DNA of 64,000 nucleotides from Abditibacterium sp. (GCA_965199495.1 CBDASK010000003.1:2016001-2080000); one strand, 5' to 3'; shown: positions 30,667 to 41,020, counted from the first letter of the stretch. The notes: generated from the sequence alone by a model not told the origin. Numbers and translations are program-made.

Positions 30667-31247
30667 AAACTCAATTTTTAGTCGGCGTTCTGCTTGTCCT
30701 CGTCGTGGCTGTCAGCGCATTGCCTACAACAGCAGCCACGGCGTCTGCCGACGAAGTTGGCGCGCCCGTTATTAATAAACAAATCGTCTGGGGCGAAACT
30801 TCAAACGGCTTGCAATTGGGTCTGCGTTTCGATATTCCCAATCACGTTTATCGGCGCGGCGAAACCGCGCAGTTCGATTTAATCGCGCGCAACGTCGGCA
30901 AAAAAGCGGTGAATTTTAAATATTATTCGCCGCTTTTTCCGGTTGCTTTTGTCACCGATAAAAATGGGAAACCGGTAACGAACTTTTTGAAATCGCCGCC
31001 ACCGCTTGGTTTTCCCGTTGGTTTAAAAACGCTCGCGCTGGCGCCGGGCGCGCAAACAATAATCGCGCAAACCGAGCTGCGCATTGGCTCACCGATAGTT
31101 CCGACGCTTTTCTGGGCGCTCGATGCGCCGCCCGGCCAATATCGCGTGAGTTTTGTTGTTCAATTGGACGCGCCGTTCGAGAAGAAAAATAAACGCGCGC
31201 CCATCCTGTTGCAATCGGGTTTTACGTTTATTGGAATCGCGGAATAA
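30663..31247 (+). CDS. Secreted hypothetical protein
   Basis: ATGA overlap with the previous gene, signal peptide, WGETSNGLQLGL motif. Confidence 0.75.
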   Translation: MKTQFLVGVLLVLVVAVSALPTTAATASADEVGAPVINKQIVWGETSNGLQLGLRFDIPNHVYRRGETAQFDLIARNVGKKAVNFKYYSPLFPVAFVTDKNGKPVTNFLKSPPPLGFPVGLKTLALAPGAQTIIAQTELRIGSPIVPTLFWALDAPPGQYRVSFVVQLDAPFEKKNKRAPILLQSGFTFIGIAE

Positions 31248-31321
31248 CGAAATTTAGCAAAAAATTAAATCTGCCCAGGCGCGACGCCAAATTATTTATC
31301 TTGTCATAAATCGCACTTTTT

Positions 31322-32596
31322 ATGAAAAATCTCAAAAACTTCGTTGCTCTGGGGCTTTTGTGCGGTCTCAAACCACTCGCCGTGGCTCCGGTTTTTGCGT
31401 AACCGCTTCCGCTGGAACGCACGATGCCGCAAGGCAACGGCTTACTGCTCAAAGAAGTTTCGCCCGATGAGGCCGAGAAATTGGTGATGCCCGCCAAAGG
31501 CATTGCGCTCCATCTGAAAGATGCGACGTTGAGTGAGGCTTTGGACGAGCTGCAAAAACAGAGCGGCGTCAAGCTCAATTACGGTTGGGCCGATAAAAAT
31601 ACGCTCGATAAAAAGGTTTCGGTTGACATGGAAACGCGTTATTTCCAGCCCGCTTTCGACGCGATTACAGACGAAGCGGGCGTCAAAGCGAGTTTGCAAG
31701 TATTCGGGAACAGAGCCGACTATAACGTGCAGTTTGGGCAGACGAATGGCGACAAAACCGCGCCGCTTTTATCGGGCGTCGGGCCTTTTCAATTGCGCTT
31801 GCAGAGCGTGCAATCGAATTTCAATCAAACGGTTAATGTGAGCGCGGATAAAAAGGACGTGCGCTCACAGAATCGCCAATTTTCAATTGATTTTAGTAAC
31901 AAAACTGACCCGATTGTGAATATCGTTGGCTCGCCGATGATCCTTCTCAAACGCGTCGAAGATGACAAAGGCCGCTCGCTACTCGACGCCAACGACAATC
32001 GGAGGATGCGTTATGGTTTCGAAGCGGGTTGGGGCGCCAATAACGCACAAAACGTTCAGGTGCCCGCCGCCGATGCCAAAATGTTGGCGCGCGTCGAGGG
32101 CACGGCGACTTATGTGGTGCCCTCGGCGTGGCAACAATGGGAAATCGCCGATGTTTTGGGCAAAAAAGATTTGACGCACGAGTTTCAAAGTGGCGGACGC
32201 ACAATCACGGTCATCGTCAAAGGCGCGGAGGGCGAGGGCAATAGCATCAACCTCAAGCTCGAAATCAACGCGCCGCCGCAGGGCAACAACGAAGGTGGCA
32301 CTGATCCGCTTCTCTCTTTCAGCCAAATAGCCAAAGCGTTCACTTTGCAAGACGCCAACGGCAATGTCCTGCGAACGGGCGGTTACAGCGGCAGTGGCAG
32401 AGGCGGTGCTGAGGGCCAGAAGATGCAATTGAGCGGAGTGTTTGTTTCGGCCACTAATGGCGGCCCGCGCGGTGACAACGGCAAAATGCCCGCGCCGCCC
32501 GAAATCGCCGAACCGGTGAAATTGGTGTTCGACGCGCCGACCGAGTTTGTGCAAACGACTGTGCCGTTCGCATTCAAAGACGTGCCGTTGCCATAA
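31322..32596 (+). pseudogene. Paralog 2 of the STN-like secreted protein, interrupted by in-frame TAA at 31400-31402
   Basis: MKNLKNFVALGLLCGLKPLAVAPVFA*PLPLERTMPQ... is in frame with ORF 31424..32596. C-terminus VPFAFKDVPLP. Confidence 0.7.
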
Positions 32597-32737
32597 ATCA
32601 TGCGTTTTGTGCGTTGGCGCCCAAGAGCAGCCACGGCGGCTTTGGCGGTGGGTTTAGCTTTACAATTCGCGTGAGCCGCGCCGCTTTTTCGCGCGTCGGT
32701 TAAAGCCGAAACTGCGGACGCGGTTTCGATTTTTCCG

Positions 32738-34045
32738 ATGTCATTTTCTCGTGCCGGGCAACTCGCCCGCTCCGTTATTGCCGCGCGCGCTTCCGATCCG
32801 ATTGGCCTCGTCGCCGAAAATTTGCGGATGTCGTCGGGCGGCGTGTTGCCAGTTTTAGACCGCCCAACGCTGGGCGAATCCGATGGCAGCGAACGCAATG
32901 CGCGCGTGCTGGGCCTGATTTCGCAGGATGATTTATCGCGCGCCACGCGCAATTTGATGGCGCCGCTCGCGCCCGTGGCTGCTCAATCGGTCGCGGTTTA
33001 TTCCAACGGCGAAAGCGCCGACGGCAATGGTCTCGCGAATGTCTATTCTAACGGCTTTGCCAACGGCCACGACGGTGGCGAGTGGACGACGCGCAACCCC
33101 AATTTAACGGCGGGCGACATCATGCAAACCGATGTGCCCTACATTCCCGCGAATTTTTCGTTGCACAACGCCTTACTCACGCTCGACCGCTATGAACTTT
33201 CGGCGATGCCGGTTTTCGATGATGCGCGCCAATATTTGGGCATGGTTTCGCGCGCCGATTTGCTGGCGGGCGTTTACAAAAGCGTGCGCCCGCCCCTCGT
33301 TGGCGGCATGGCGACGCCCCTTGGCGTGTGGCTCACCGATGGCCGCGTTTCGGGCGGCGCGCCCAACCTCGGTCTGTTTCTGACCGGCCTGATCTTGTCC
33401 ATCGGCTTGATGCTTTCGACGGTATTAATTGTGGCGGGCGCGTGGGCGATTAACCCGGCGTGGGGCGCGATGGCCTATTCGGGCCGACTGGGCGCCGCGC
33501 TCGAACCGACCAGCGTTTTTAATACGATAACGGCGCTGATTCAGAGCTTTTTGTTCCTGATGTTCTTTCGGATGCTGCCGATTTCGGGCGTTCACGCCGC
33601 CGAACACCAAACTGTGTGGGCGCTCGAACGCGGTTTGCCTTTAACCGTGGAAAACGTGCGCCGGATGCCGCGCGCGCATCCGCGTTGCGGCACCAATTTG
33701 GTTGCGCTGGCCGGCTTGCTTTCGATTGGCATTCAGCATTTGCCCGAACTCACGCCCAACTGGATTTTTCTGATTTTCATCATCGCGTTTTTCGCGTGGC
33801 GCAGTCTGGGTACCGCGCTACAAAACCTGTTCATGACGCGACCGGCGACTGACGCGCAAATCGAAAGCGGCATTCGCGCCGCCAACGAAGTGATGGCGAA
33901 ATATCAGGCGCAACCGTTCGCGACGGCGCCGCTCCCATTGCGTCTGCTCAACAACGGCATGATCTGGTCGGCGGCGGGCATGATTGTCGGTTTGTTCACG
34001 CTCGATTATTTGCTATCTTTGGTGATGCTGAACATCATGCGATAG
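32738..34045 (+). CDS. CBS-domain plus DUF1385-like membrane protein
   Basis: CBS motifs LGLISQDDL and LGMVSRADLL. HAAEHQ...AHPRCGTN motif of DUF1385. Confidence 0.8.
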   Translation: MSFSRAGQLARSVIAARASDPIGLVAENLRMSSGGVLPVLDRPTLGESDGSERNARVLGLISQDDLSRATRNLMAPLAPVAAQSVAVYSNGESADGNGLANVYSNGFANGHDGGEWTTRNPNLTAGDIMQTDVPYIPANFSLHNALLTLDRYELSAMPVFDDARQYLGMVSRADLLAGVYKSVRPPLVGGMATPLGVWLTDGRVSGGAPNLGLFLTGLILSIGLMLSTVLIVAGAWAINPAWGAMAYSGRLGAALEPTSVFNTITALIQSFLFLMFFRMLPISGVHAAEHQTVWALERGLPLTVENVRRMPRAHPRCGTNLVALAGLLSIGIQHLPELTPNWIFLIFIIAFFAWRSLGTALQNLFMTRPATDAQIESGIRAANEVMAKYQAQPFATAPLPLRLLNNGMIWSAAGMIVGLFTLDYLLSLVMLNIMR

Positions 34046-34060
34046 AAATTGGCGCAATAG

Positions 34061-34099
34061 AAAAAGCCCCGCGACTTGATTTAAGTCGCGGGGCTTTTT
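34061..34099. terminator. Bidirectional intrinsic terminator
   Basis: AAAAAGCCCCGCGACTT-GATTT-AAGTCGCGGGGCTTTTT. Confidence 0.88.
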
Positions 34100-34136
34100 G
34101 CTGACCAACTTTTATTGCGCCCTGGCCCTCCGCAAT

Positions 34137-34302
34137 TGCGTTCGCCTGTCATTTCGAGTGAGGCACGAACCGAGAAATCTTGCGACTCCGCGTCAGCGGA
34201 AGTTATGCTTTTTCTCGAACGCCGAAATTTCTTTAACATGCGCTGCCGCGCAGGCGCAAGATTTCTCGGTTCGTGCCTCACTCGAAATGACAGGCGAACG
34301 CA
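34137..34302. repeat. Palindromic element, family E (TGTCATTTCGAG...GAGAAATCT); perfect 48-bp arms
   Basis: Arms 34137-34184 and 34255-34302. Confidence 0.9.
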
Positions 34303-34343
34303 GTTACAGTTCTCTTAGTCAAGGCGCAGTAACAAAATCTCGT

Positions 34344-35426
34344 TTATTTCACCTCGAACTCGAAGCGGAAGCGTTGCGAAGACGCGACGGGTTCGCCGTC
34401 TTTGAGCGCGGGTTTCCAGCGCCATTTGTTGAGCGCGGCGATGGCCAAATCGTCAACCTGCGAGTTGCCCGAACCGCTGAGAATGCTCGCCGAAGCCGAG
34501 CCGTCCGCTCCGATATCAACGCGCACGCGCACCGAACTTTTGAAGTTTTCGTTCAGCAGGTCATCGGGAATGCGCGGCTGCACCTGACGAGTCGGCACGG
34601 CGTCTTTGGTCGGGCCTTTGGGGCGCGGCGTTGGCGTTGGTTCCGGTCGGGGAGTCGGCGTCGGTCTTGGACGCGGAGTTGGCGTGGGTTCGGGTTTGGG
34701 CGTCGGCGTTGGCTCTGGTTTAGGAGTTGGCGTCGGCTCTGGTTTAGGCGTCGGCGGAATCGGCGTGGGTTCGGGCGGTGGGGGAACTGGTGTCGGCGGC
34801 GGCGCGGGCGCTTCGGTTGGTTGCGGTTGCGGCGCGGGCGTGGCGTATTCTTTGGGCGTCTCTTTTTTCTCGCCAAAAGATTGGTCGCCCGCCGGTTTGC
34901 CCAGGTCGCGATTGCCGCCCGCTTTCACGCTGCCCGCGTTCGGATCGGGTTTGCCGGTGGCAATCAGAGTTTTGTGGTGCGCGCCTTCGGGTTTTGGTTT
35001 GGGTGGTTTATTGAGTGGCTTGTTGGTTTGTGGCGCCTCTTGTGGTTTGGGTTTCGGCTTGGCCGTCGTCGGCGTGAGCGGACGCACGGGCGCTATTTTG
35101 GGCTTGGGCGCGTTGGGTTTAACGACGCGCGGTTTTGGTGGAATCGGTTTGGGTTTGGGTTGCGGCTTAACCACACGCGGCTTAGGTTTTGGTTTCGGCT
35201 TTGGTTTGGGCGGCGCGACTTTGGGCTTTGGCTTTGGTTTAGGCGCGACTTTGGGTTTGGGCTGGGCGGGCCGCGCGACCAGACTGATTTCGACGGTTCT
35301 GGGCGGCGGCGCTTTTTGCGCGACGATGGCGGCGCCAAATCCCGTCCACAGCAGACCGTTGGCGACGAGCGAAATCAGACCCGCCGTCAACAGGCGGTTT
35401 TGACTGCCTCCGAATGCGTCTTTCAT
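34344..35426 (-). CDS. tonB: Energy transducer TonB
   Basis: N-terminal TM segment, (PK)n and (PT)n spacer, C-domain [11 protein letters not shown]...SSG-like...WRWKPA. Confidence 0.9.
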   Translation of the reverse strand: MKDAFGGSQNRLLTAGLISLVANGLLWTGFGAAIVAQKAPPPRTVEISLVARPAQPKPKVAPKPKPKPKVAPPKPKPKPKPKPRVVKPQPKPKPIPPKPRVVKPNAPKPKIAPVRPLTPTTAKPKPKPQEAPQTNKPLNKPPKPKPEGAHHKTLIATGKPDPNAGSVKAGGNRDLGKPAGDQSFGEKKETPKEYATPAPQPQPTEAPAPPPTPVPPPPEPTPIPPTPKPEPTPTPKPEPTPTPKPEPTPTPRPRPTPTPRPEPTPTPRPKGPTKDAVPTRQVQPRIPDDLLNENFKSSVRVRVDIGADGSASASILSGSGNSQVDDLAIAALNKWRWKPALKDGEPVASSQRFRFEFEVK

Positions 35427-35869
35427 TGTGGCGCTCCCACCGGCGTTGCGTCGCCGCCGGGCGAAGTCGCGATGGCGAACTTGGAAATGCCGACTTCGCG
35501 CGCGCCGTCAATGCTGCGCACGACTTCGCCGTGCGGCACCGTGGTGTCAGCGTTGATAATCACCGTCATGTCAGACAAATTCGCTTTGGCACCGCCCGCC
35601 TTTTCGAGCAGAACCGGCTCTAACGTCTCGAAAGTGACCGGCGTTTTGTTGACGTAGAGCTTGCGATTGGCGTCAATTGTAATTGTCAATGGCGCCGGTG
35701 GCTGCTTGTCGGCGCTGGCGGCTTTGGGCAGGTTGACCTGCAAACCGTTGAGCTTGGTCAGCGCCAAACTCGACAGCATGAAAAACACCAGTAAAAAGAA
35801 CATGGTGTCGATCATCGGGATGATTTCGATGCGCGTGCGCTTAAGCTCGCGGTGCCTTTTGAACTGCAT
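35423..35869 (-). CDS. exbD: Biopolymer transporter ExbD
   Basis: [24 protein letters not shown] and INAD...HGEVV. Confidence 0.93.
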   Translation of the reverse strand: MQFKRHRELKRTRIEIIPMIDTMFFLLVFFMLSSLALTKLNGLQVNLPKAASADKQPPAPLTITIDANRKLYVNKTPVTFETLEPVLLEKAGGAKANLSDMTVIINADTTVPHGEVVRSIDGAREVGISKFAIATSPGGDATPVGAPQ

Positions 35870-36587
35870 ATTCGGCCTCCGTGGATTGCCCGTTAGTGTT
35901 GGCGTGTTGAGCAGCCACGCCGGGCATGGCGATGCCCGACTGCGCGTCTTGATCGGGGAAAAAACCGGCGCGCATATCCACCAAAGCATTGATGAGTTTG
36001 GTCGCGCCCTGCTCGGTTTCGCTCGTCACGGTGCGCAACCGCGCCGCGAAATAGTTGTAGGCCACGAAACACACGACCGCGATGGTGATGCCGGTCGCTG
36101 TGGCGTAGAGCGCCTCGCCGACGCCCGCCAGAACCGCGTCCGAGTTGCCGTGCGATTGTTGCTGAATCGCAATCGCGTTGAACGTTCCGATCATGCCGAC
36201 GATGGTGCCCAAAAGTCCGAGTAAAGGCGAAATCGTCGTCGTCGTATCGAGAAACGGCAGCAGACGTTCGAGCCGGATGAAGTAATCCTGCCCGATGTCT
36301 TCGACCTGACGCTCGGCGACGGCAATCGGGCGGTCGCGGTGTTTGAGAATCGCGCTCAACGCGGCGGCGAGCGGGCCGGGCGCGTTGTCGCAGAGTTGAA
36401 TGGCCTGCGCGAATTTGTTCTGGCGGGACAGGTCAATGACCTGTTTGAGCAAGCCGGGCGCGACGTGGCCGAGCGAGCGAAACGCGAGGATGCGCTCGAC
36501 GATAACCGCGATGGCGCACAGCGACAGGAACAGCAACGGATACATAATGATGCCGCCGTCGCGCACGAAGTTGATGAGATTGGACAT
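35841..36587 (-). CDS. exbB: MotA/TolQ/ExbB proton channel
   Basis: SPLLGLLGTIVGMI...GVGEALYATATG. Confidence 0.93.
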   Translation of the reverse strand: MSNLINFVRDGGIIMYPLLFLSLCAIAVIVERILAFRSLGHVAPGLLKQVIDLSRQNKFAQAIQLCDNAPGPLAAALSAILKHRDRPIAVAERQVEDIGQDYFIRLERLLPFLDTTTTISPLLGLLGTIVGMIGTFNAIAIQQQSHGNSDAVLAGVGEALYATATGITIAVVCFVAYNYFAARLRTVTSETEQGATKLINALVDMRAGFFPDQDAQSGIAMPGVAAQHANTNGQSTEAEYAVQKAPRA

Positions 36588-36721
36588 GGTGAAACTGACT
36601 TGTCTTGATAGGCTACACGAATAATTCGTGTTACGCTACGAAAGATTTGTGTGAAAAAAAAAGAAGAATGGGAACAGGAGCGATAATGCGGCGGCAAAGC
36701 CGCATTATCCCCTGTTTTGAT

Positions 36722-39318
36722 TTAAAATCCCAGATTCGCCGATAGAATCACGCGGCGTCCTTGCTGGAAGCGCGTGCCCGAAAAGTCGGAGTTGAAGTTG
36801 ATTAGCGCGCGGTCGTTGAAGACGTTTTCGACATCGAGCGTCAGGCCGCCGCGTCCTTTGAACAGGCGCGGGCCGCTCGTCAAGCGGGCGTCAACGCGCG
36901 TGCGGTCTTGGCGTTTGCCGGAAAAGCCGAAAACGCCGCCATCGCCGATGCCGCTTGAAGCCAGACCTGAACCGTAGAACACGTTGACGCCCGCCGAAGC
37001 GCCCGATTTGACCGTATAATTCAGGCCGCCCGACGCCGTATATCGCTGATCGTGGTCGTTGAAGTCGCGGCCTTCGTCGGGGTCGTTGAAGCGAGCAACG
37101 GCGCGCGCGAGCGAGAAATAGCTGCCCAAACCAACGCCGCCGCGCGGGTTGAGATTGTAAGACAATTCGATGCCGTGAACGCCATCGTGAGCCAGATTGA
37201 CCGCCGAATACACGCCGATTTGCGAGCCGGGCACCAGCAAAGCGATGTCCAACTGATTCTGAATCTGCTTGTAATAATACGCCAACTTGACCGATTGATT
37301 GCTGTGAAATTGCTTTTCAATGGAAGTCTCATATTGGTTCAAGGTTTCGGGCTGAATCTGCGCGCCGACGGTGCCGCCTTCGGCCAGCGGTGGCTGAATG
37401 AACAGGCGATTATACGAACCGCGCAAGACCACCGTGGGCTGCAACGCATAGCTGAGGTTGAGGCGCGGGCCTAAGAAGTTCTTCTTCAATTCCGTTGAAC
37501 TGTCGCCGTTCGCCGTGCCGGTCACGTCTTCGGTGCGCTTGAACATATCGTAGCGCACACCGTAATTCGCGGTCAATTTCGAGTTGACGCGCCAGGTGTC
37601 CTGCACGTAAGCCGCGCGATAATAACCTTTGCGATTGATGCCCACCGTCGGCGAAGTCGCGCCCGGCGTCAAGTTATAAATCTGGTTGCCGTTGACGTCC
37701 ATGACTGGGTCGCCGTTGCCGTCAACTTGAGGTGTTCCGGCGGGCGCCAGGTCGGGCGCGGCGCCATAAAGCGCGTTGAGCGCGGCCTGCGATCCGGGAA
37801 TCAAGTTATAGCTTTCGTTGCCGCGCTGTTGGTCGGTCGAAAGTCCAAATTTGACCGTATGTTTATCCAATGCGTAAGTCAAGCTGCCCTCGGCTTGTCC
37901 GTGCTTGCCGTTGCGATTGATCGTTGGGCTAAATTCAACTGGATCGTCCTGGCGCGAGGCGAAACCATCGGCGGGCAAACTCTGATAAATGCTCGGATTG
38001 TTGTTGGTCAAATCGAGCTTCGAGCGCGCGCCGCCAAACGATAAAAGCCCGGTCAAACGGTCGTCGAATGTGTGGCGATACTGCAAAATGCCGAAGTCGT
38101 TGCGGTCGCGCTGGTTCACGTCCTGATTGGCCTGATCTTGCGTCAATCCGACGTTGGAGTTGGTGTAGCCCGCCGTGCCCGCCAACGATTGCGCATCGGC
38201 CCGCGAGAGCGCGCCGCCAAAGCCAAAGCCCTGGCCGACTCCGGCGTATTTATCGGACAAACCGGTGCGGTTGGCGATGCCGTTGGTTGAAGGCGCCGCG
38301 TTGAGCGTGAGCGTGAAAGCGTCTTTTTGCGTGGGCGTAAAGTCGAAGCGGCCCAGAAAACTCTCGGCGCGCCCGTTGTTGTGCGCGGTCTGATCGTCGG
38401 GTTGCGGCGCCTCCAACGCGTTGTTGGTGCGGCGCGCGGTCGCGTTGAGGAAGTAGGAAAATTTGCGCTCGGCCTTGGCGCCCGGCGCCAACGTCACGCC
38501 CGAAACCGGCGCGCCGGTTTGTCCGCTCAAAGAGAACGTGCCCTGCGCCGTGCCAAACTCGCCGCCGCCCGCGCTCAACGCAAACTTCTGGTCAATCGTG
38601 CCGCGCTTCACCGTCGTATTAACGATGGCGGCGGTTTCGCTGCCGTATTCGGGCGCGTAAGAACCGGTTTGCACGTCGGCGCTTTCCAAAGCGTCGGGCG
38701 CGACAAGCGGCCCAAATCGCCCGACGAGCGCGCCGCCCAACTGGAAGCCGCCCAGATAAACCGAAGTTTGCGTGTGTTCGCCGCGAACGTGGGCTTGGCC
38801 CGCCGAATCGAGAGCCACGCCGGGCACCGTCGCGATGATGCCCTGCAATTGCTGCGGGTTGGACGCGGTCGCAGGGAATTTCTGGATGAAATTCTGGTTG
38901 CGCACCGTCGAGTTCGCCGTCTGGCGCGGACGCAAAATGCTGCGGTCGCCGTCACGCGAATCGTTTTTTCTTCGGGTTCGAGATCGAAACCGACATCGGT
39001 TGTCGTGTCGGAAATAACCGCTACCGAACGCGTTTCGGGGTTGAAACCGGGCGCGGCGACGGTAATATCGAACGAGTGATTTTCGAGTGGATCGGTCGTC
39101 ACTTCGCCGGTGGCTGCATCGGGCGTCAGAACGGTATCGGCGCGCGAGCCGGTCGGGTCTTTGAGCGTGATCGTGGTGTCGGGGACGGCTTTAGCGGTGT
39201 CCACGTTCTTGACAACGATGTGCAAACGCCCGACGACATCGGCCTGAGCGGGCAGCGCAAAAACGAGCGCAGTCGAAGCACCCGCGAGGAGCGGAAGCAT
39301 TCCATATTTGGGTTTCAT
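36722..39318 (-). pseudogene. TonB-dependent receptor with an apparent 1-bp frameshift near 38943-38945 (real lesion or assembly error)
   Basis: The signal peptide and N-domain (MKPKYG...EKTIRVTAT) are in one frame. The plug and barrel (RPRQTANS...HVRG...YAPEYG...ENVFN...NLGF) are in the next. Confidence 0.85.
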
Positions 39319-39457
39319 AAAAGTATAAAAATGCGGCTTTTGGCGCGAACGGGCGCGCAAAGCGAGATGAAACGCGCCGGGCGGCGCGCGAAAAAATGGC
39401 GCACAGAGGCGCGGGAAAGCCTACGAAGGCGGCGAAAAACGCGACGCCAGCAGAAAT

Positions 39458-39835
39458 TTAGATAAGCGAAACGGGCGGGCCGCGCGCGCCATAAATCAGC
39501 GCGCGGGCGACGGCGTGGCTGCTTGTCGGGCGCGTGAAAATTAAAACGGCGACAAACGCGACAGACAAGACCAGCGCCAACGCCAAAACGCCCTGCGCGC
39601 TGAGTTGCAGCAACGAACTCGAACAATCCACCTCGAATTGAAACGCGTGCGACGCCGGAAAATGCCCGACGGTCGAGATGTGGCTACTGGCGCGCAAAGC
39701 CAATTGGTCGGGACAATTGGCGGTATGAAACAGATCGCTGCCCGCAAAACCGAAGATAAAACTCGCCAGCCACGCCCAGAAGAGGAACGTCCGCCAAAAA
39801 ACGCGACGATCTTTCCAATGGCGAGCGGGCATCAT
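39458..39835 (-). CDS. DUF2946/CruR-like leader protein with C-terminal RGPP motif
   Basis: N-terminal TM segment, His/Cys-containing middle, ends YGARGPPVSLI*. Lies directly upstream of the TonB-dependent receptor. Confidence 0.7.
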   Translation of the reverse strand: MMPARHWKDRRVFWRTFLFWAWLASFIFGFAGSDLFHTANCPDQLALRASSHISTVGHFPASHAFQFEVDCSSSLLQLSAQGVLALALVLSVAFVAVLIFTRPTSSHAVARALIYGARGPPVSLI

Positions 39836-39865
39836 ATTCGATATTGATTTTACATTATCAAATAT
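39834..39865. promoter_or_regulatory. AT-rich 13-6-13 inverted repeat, putative metalloregulator operator
   Basis: ATATTCGATATTG-ATTTTA-CATTATCAAATAT, with a GATAATG Fur-like half-site on the - strand. Confidence 0.5.
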
Positions 39866-39935
39866 TGGGAGCGCAAGTGTTTTCTTTAAATTTAAGCACA
39901 ACTTTGCCGAATCGTTGGTGAATTTCGGGCAAAAC

Positions 39936-39972
39936 AAAAGGCGGATTGCTCAATTGAGCAATCCGCCTTTTT
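39936..39972. terminator. Intrinsic terminator
   Basis: AAAAGGCGGATTGCTCAATTGAGCAATCCGCCTTTT. Confidence 0.85.
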
Positions 39973-39986
39973 CTAAAATTCGTGGT

Positions 39987-40355
39987 TTAACGCCTAATTT
40001 TTTCCAGCGCGCGCACCTGTTCCACCAACTGACCGGGGCCAAAAGGTTTGAGCAAAAACTCGTCACAGCCCACACCTTTGGCCATGCGCCGAGCGAGCGC
40101 GGTGCCCAAATTGGACATGATCAAAACTGGCACTTTCTGGCCAGATTTAGAGGCGCGCAACTGCGAAACCAGCGAAAGTCCATCGGCCTCGCCCAAGAGC
40201 GAGTCAATTAAATAGGCATCGAATTTTTGCGCTTCGGCCAACGCCAGCGCGCGCGGCCCATCGCCCACGGCGACCGCTTCAATGGAAGACTCGCTCAGGC
40301 ACTGCACCAAAAACTCGCGTAACTCCTCGTTATCATCTACCAGAAGAACTTTCAT
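39987..40355 (-). CDS. Single-domain response regulator (CheY-like)
   Basis: VLLVDDN...YLID...DGL...FLLKPF. Confidence 0.9.
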   Translation of the reverse strand: MKVLLVDDNEELREFLVQCLSESSIEAVAVGDGPRALALAEAQKFDAYLIDSLLGEADGLSLVSQLRASKSGQKVPVLIMSNLGTALARRMAKGVGCDEFLLKPFGPGQLVEQVRALEKIRR

Positions 40356-40449
40356 ATTTGTTTATAAAAGAATACAGGAGGACGCAAAATAGGGGAACAA
40401 AACCAACGCCGCAAATGCAAAGTAAAACCGGATGTCGAATAAACAAATA

Positions 40450-41013
40450 CTATTTCACGCGTTCGAGATAGTTGCCGGTGCGGGTGTCCACGCGAATGGA
40501 TTCGCCTTCGTTGACGAAAAGCGGGACGGTGATGACGGCGCCGCTTTCGATGGTCGCTGGCTTGGTGCCGCCCTGCGCGGTATCGCCTTTCAAACCCGGA
40601 TCGGTTTGCGTGATGACATATTCCATTGTCTGCGGCGGCTCGACGCCCAGAATATGCTCTTTCCACTTGGTCAATTGGACGGGCGTGTTATCTTTGAGAA
40701 ACTTGGCGACATCGCCGACCTGCGCGGCGCTCAGTTGCATCGGTTCGTAGCTTTCCATGTCCATGAAATGAAAATCTTCGCCGTCGCGGTAGAGAAACTC
40801 GACGTTTGTGCGTTCGACGAGCGCGGAATCCATGCTGTCGCCCGCGCGCCACGTTTTCTCGAAAGTCGCGCCGGTTTGCAGATTTTTCAGTTTGGAGCGC
40901 ACGAAAGCGCCGCCCTTGCCGGGCTTGACGTGCTGAAAATCCATGATTTGAAACACTTTGCCTTCGTATTCAATGGTGAGACCGTTTTTAAAATCGGATG
41001 TTGAAATTGCCAT
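40450..41013 (-). CDS. efp: Elongation factor P
   Basis: QHVKPGKGGAFVR, PGLKGDT, KPATIESG and VDTRTGNYLER. Confidence 0.98.
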   Translation of the reverse strand: MAISTSDFKNGLTIEYEGKVFQIMDFQHVKPGKGGAFVRSKLKNLQTGATFEKTWRAGDSMDSALVERTNVEFLYRDGEDFHFMDMESYEPMQLSAAQVGDVAKFLKDNTPVQLTKWKEHILGVEPPQTMEYVITQTDPGLKGDTAQGGTKPATIESGAVITVPLFVNEGESIRVDTRTGNYLERVK

Positions 41014-41020
41014 GAGTAAA

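Noticed and set aside
32672..32674. TGA recoding (Trp or Sec) or an alternative genetic code
   Set aside because: TGA ends other genes normally (xseB, exbD, VIT1), conserved Trp positions use TGG, and no SECIS-like support was seen.
34620..35270. PK/PT tandem repeats
   Set aside because: This is the ordinary proline-rich periplasmic spacer of TonB.
34098..35657. Long Arg/Trp/Gly-rich + strand ORFs, and other long antisense ORFs such as 2316..3710 and 55518..56681
   Set aside because: They are antisense shadows of GC-rich genes (tonB, dxs, argS-like) with no independent motifs.
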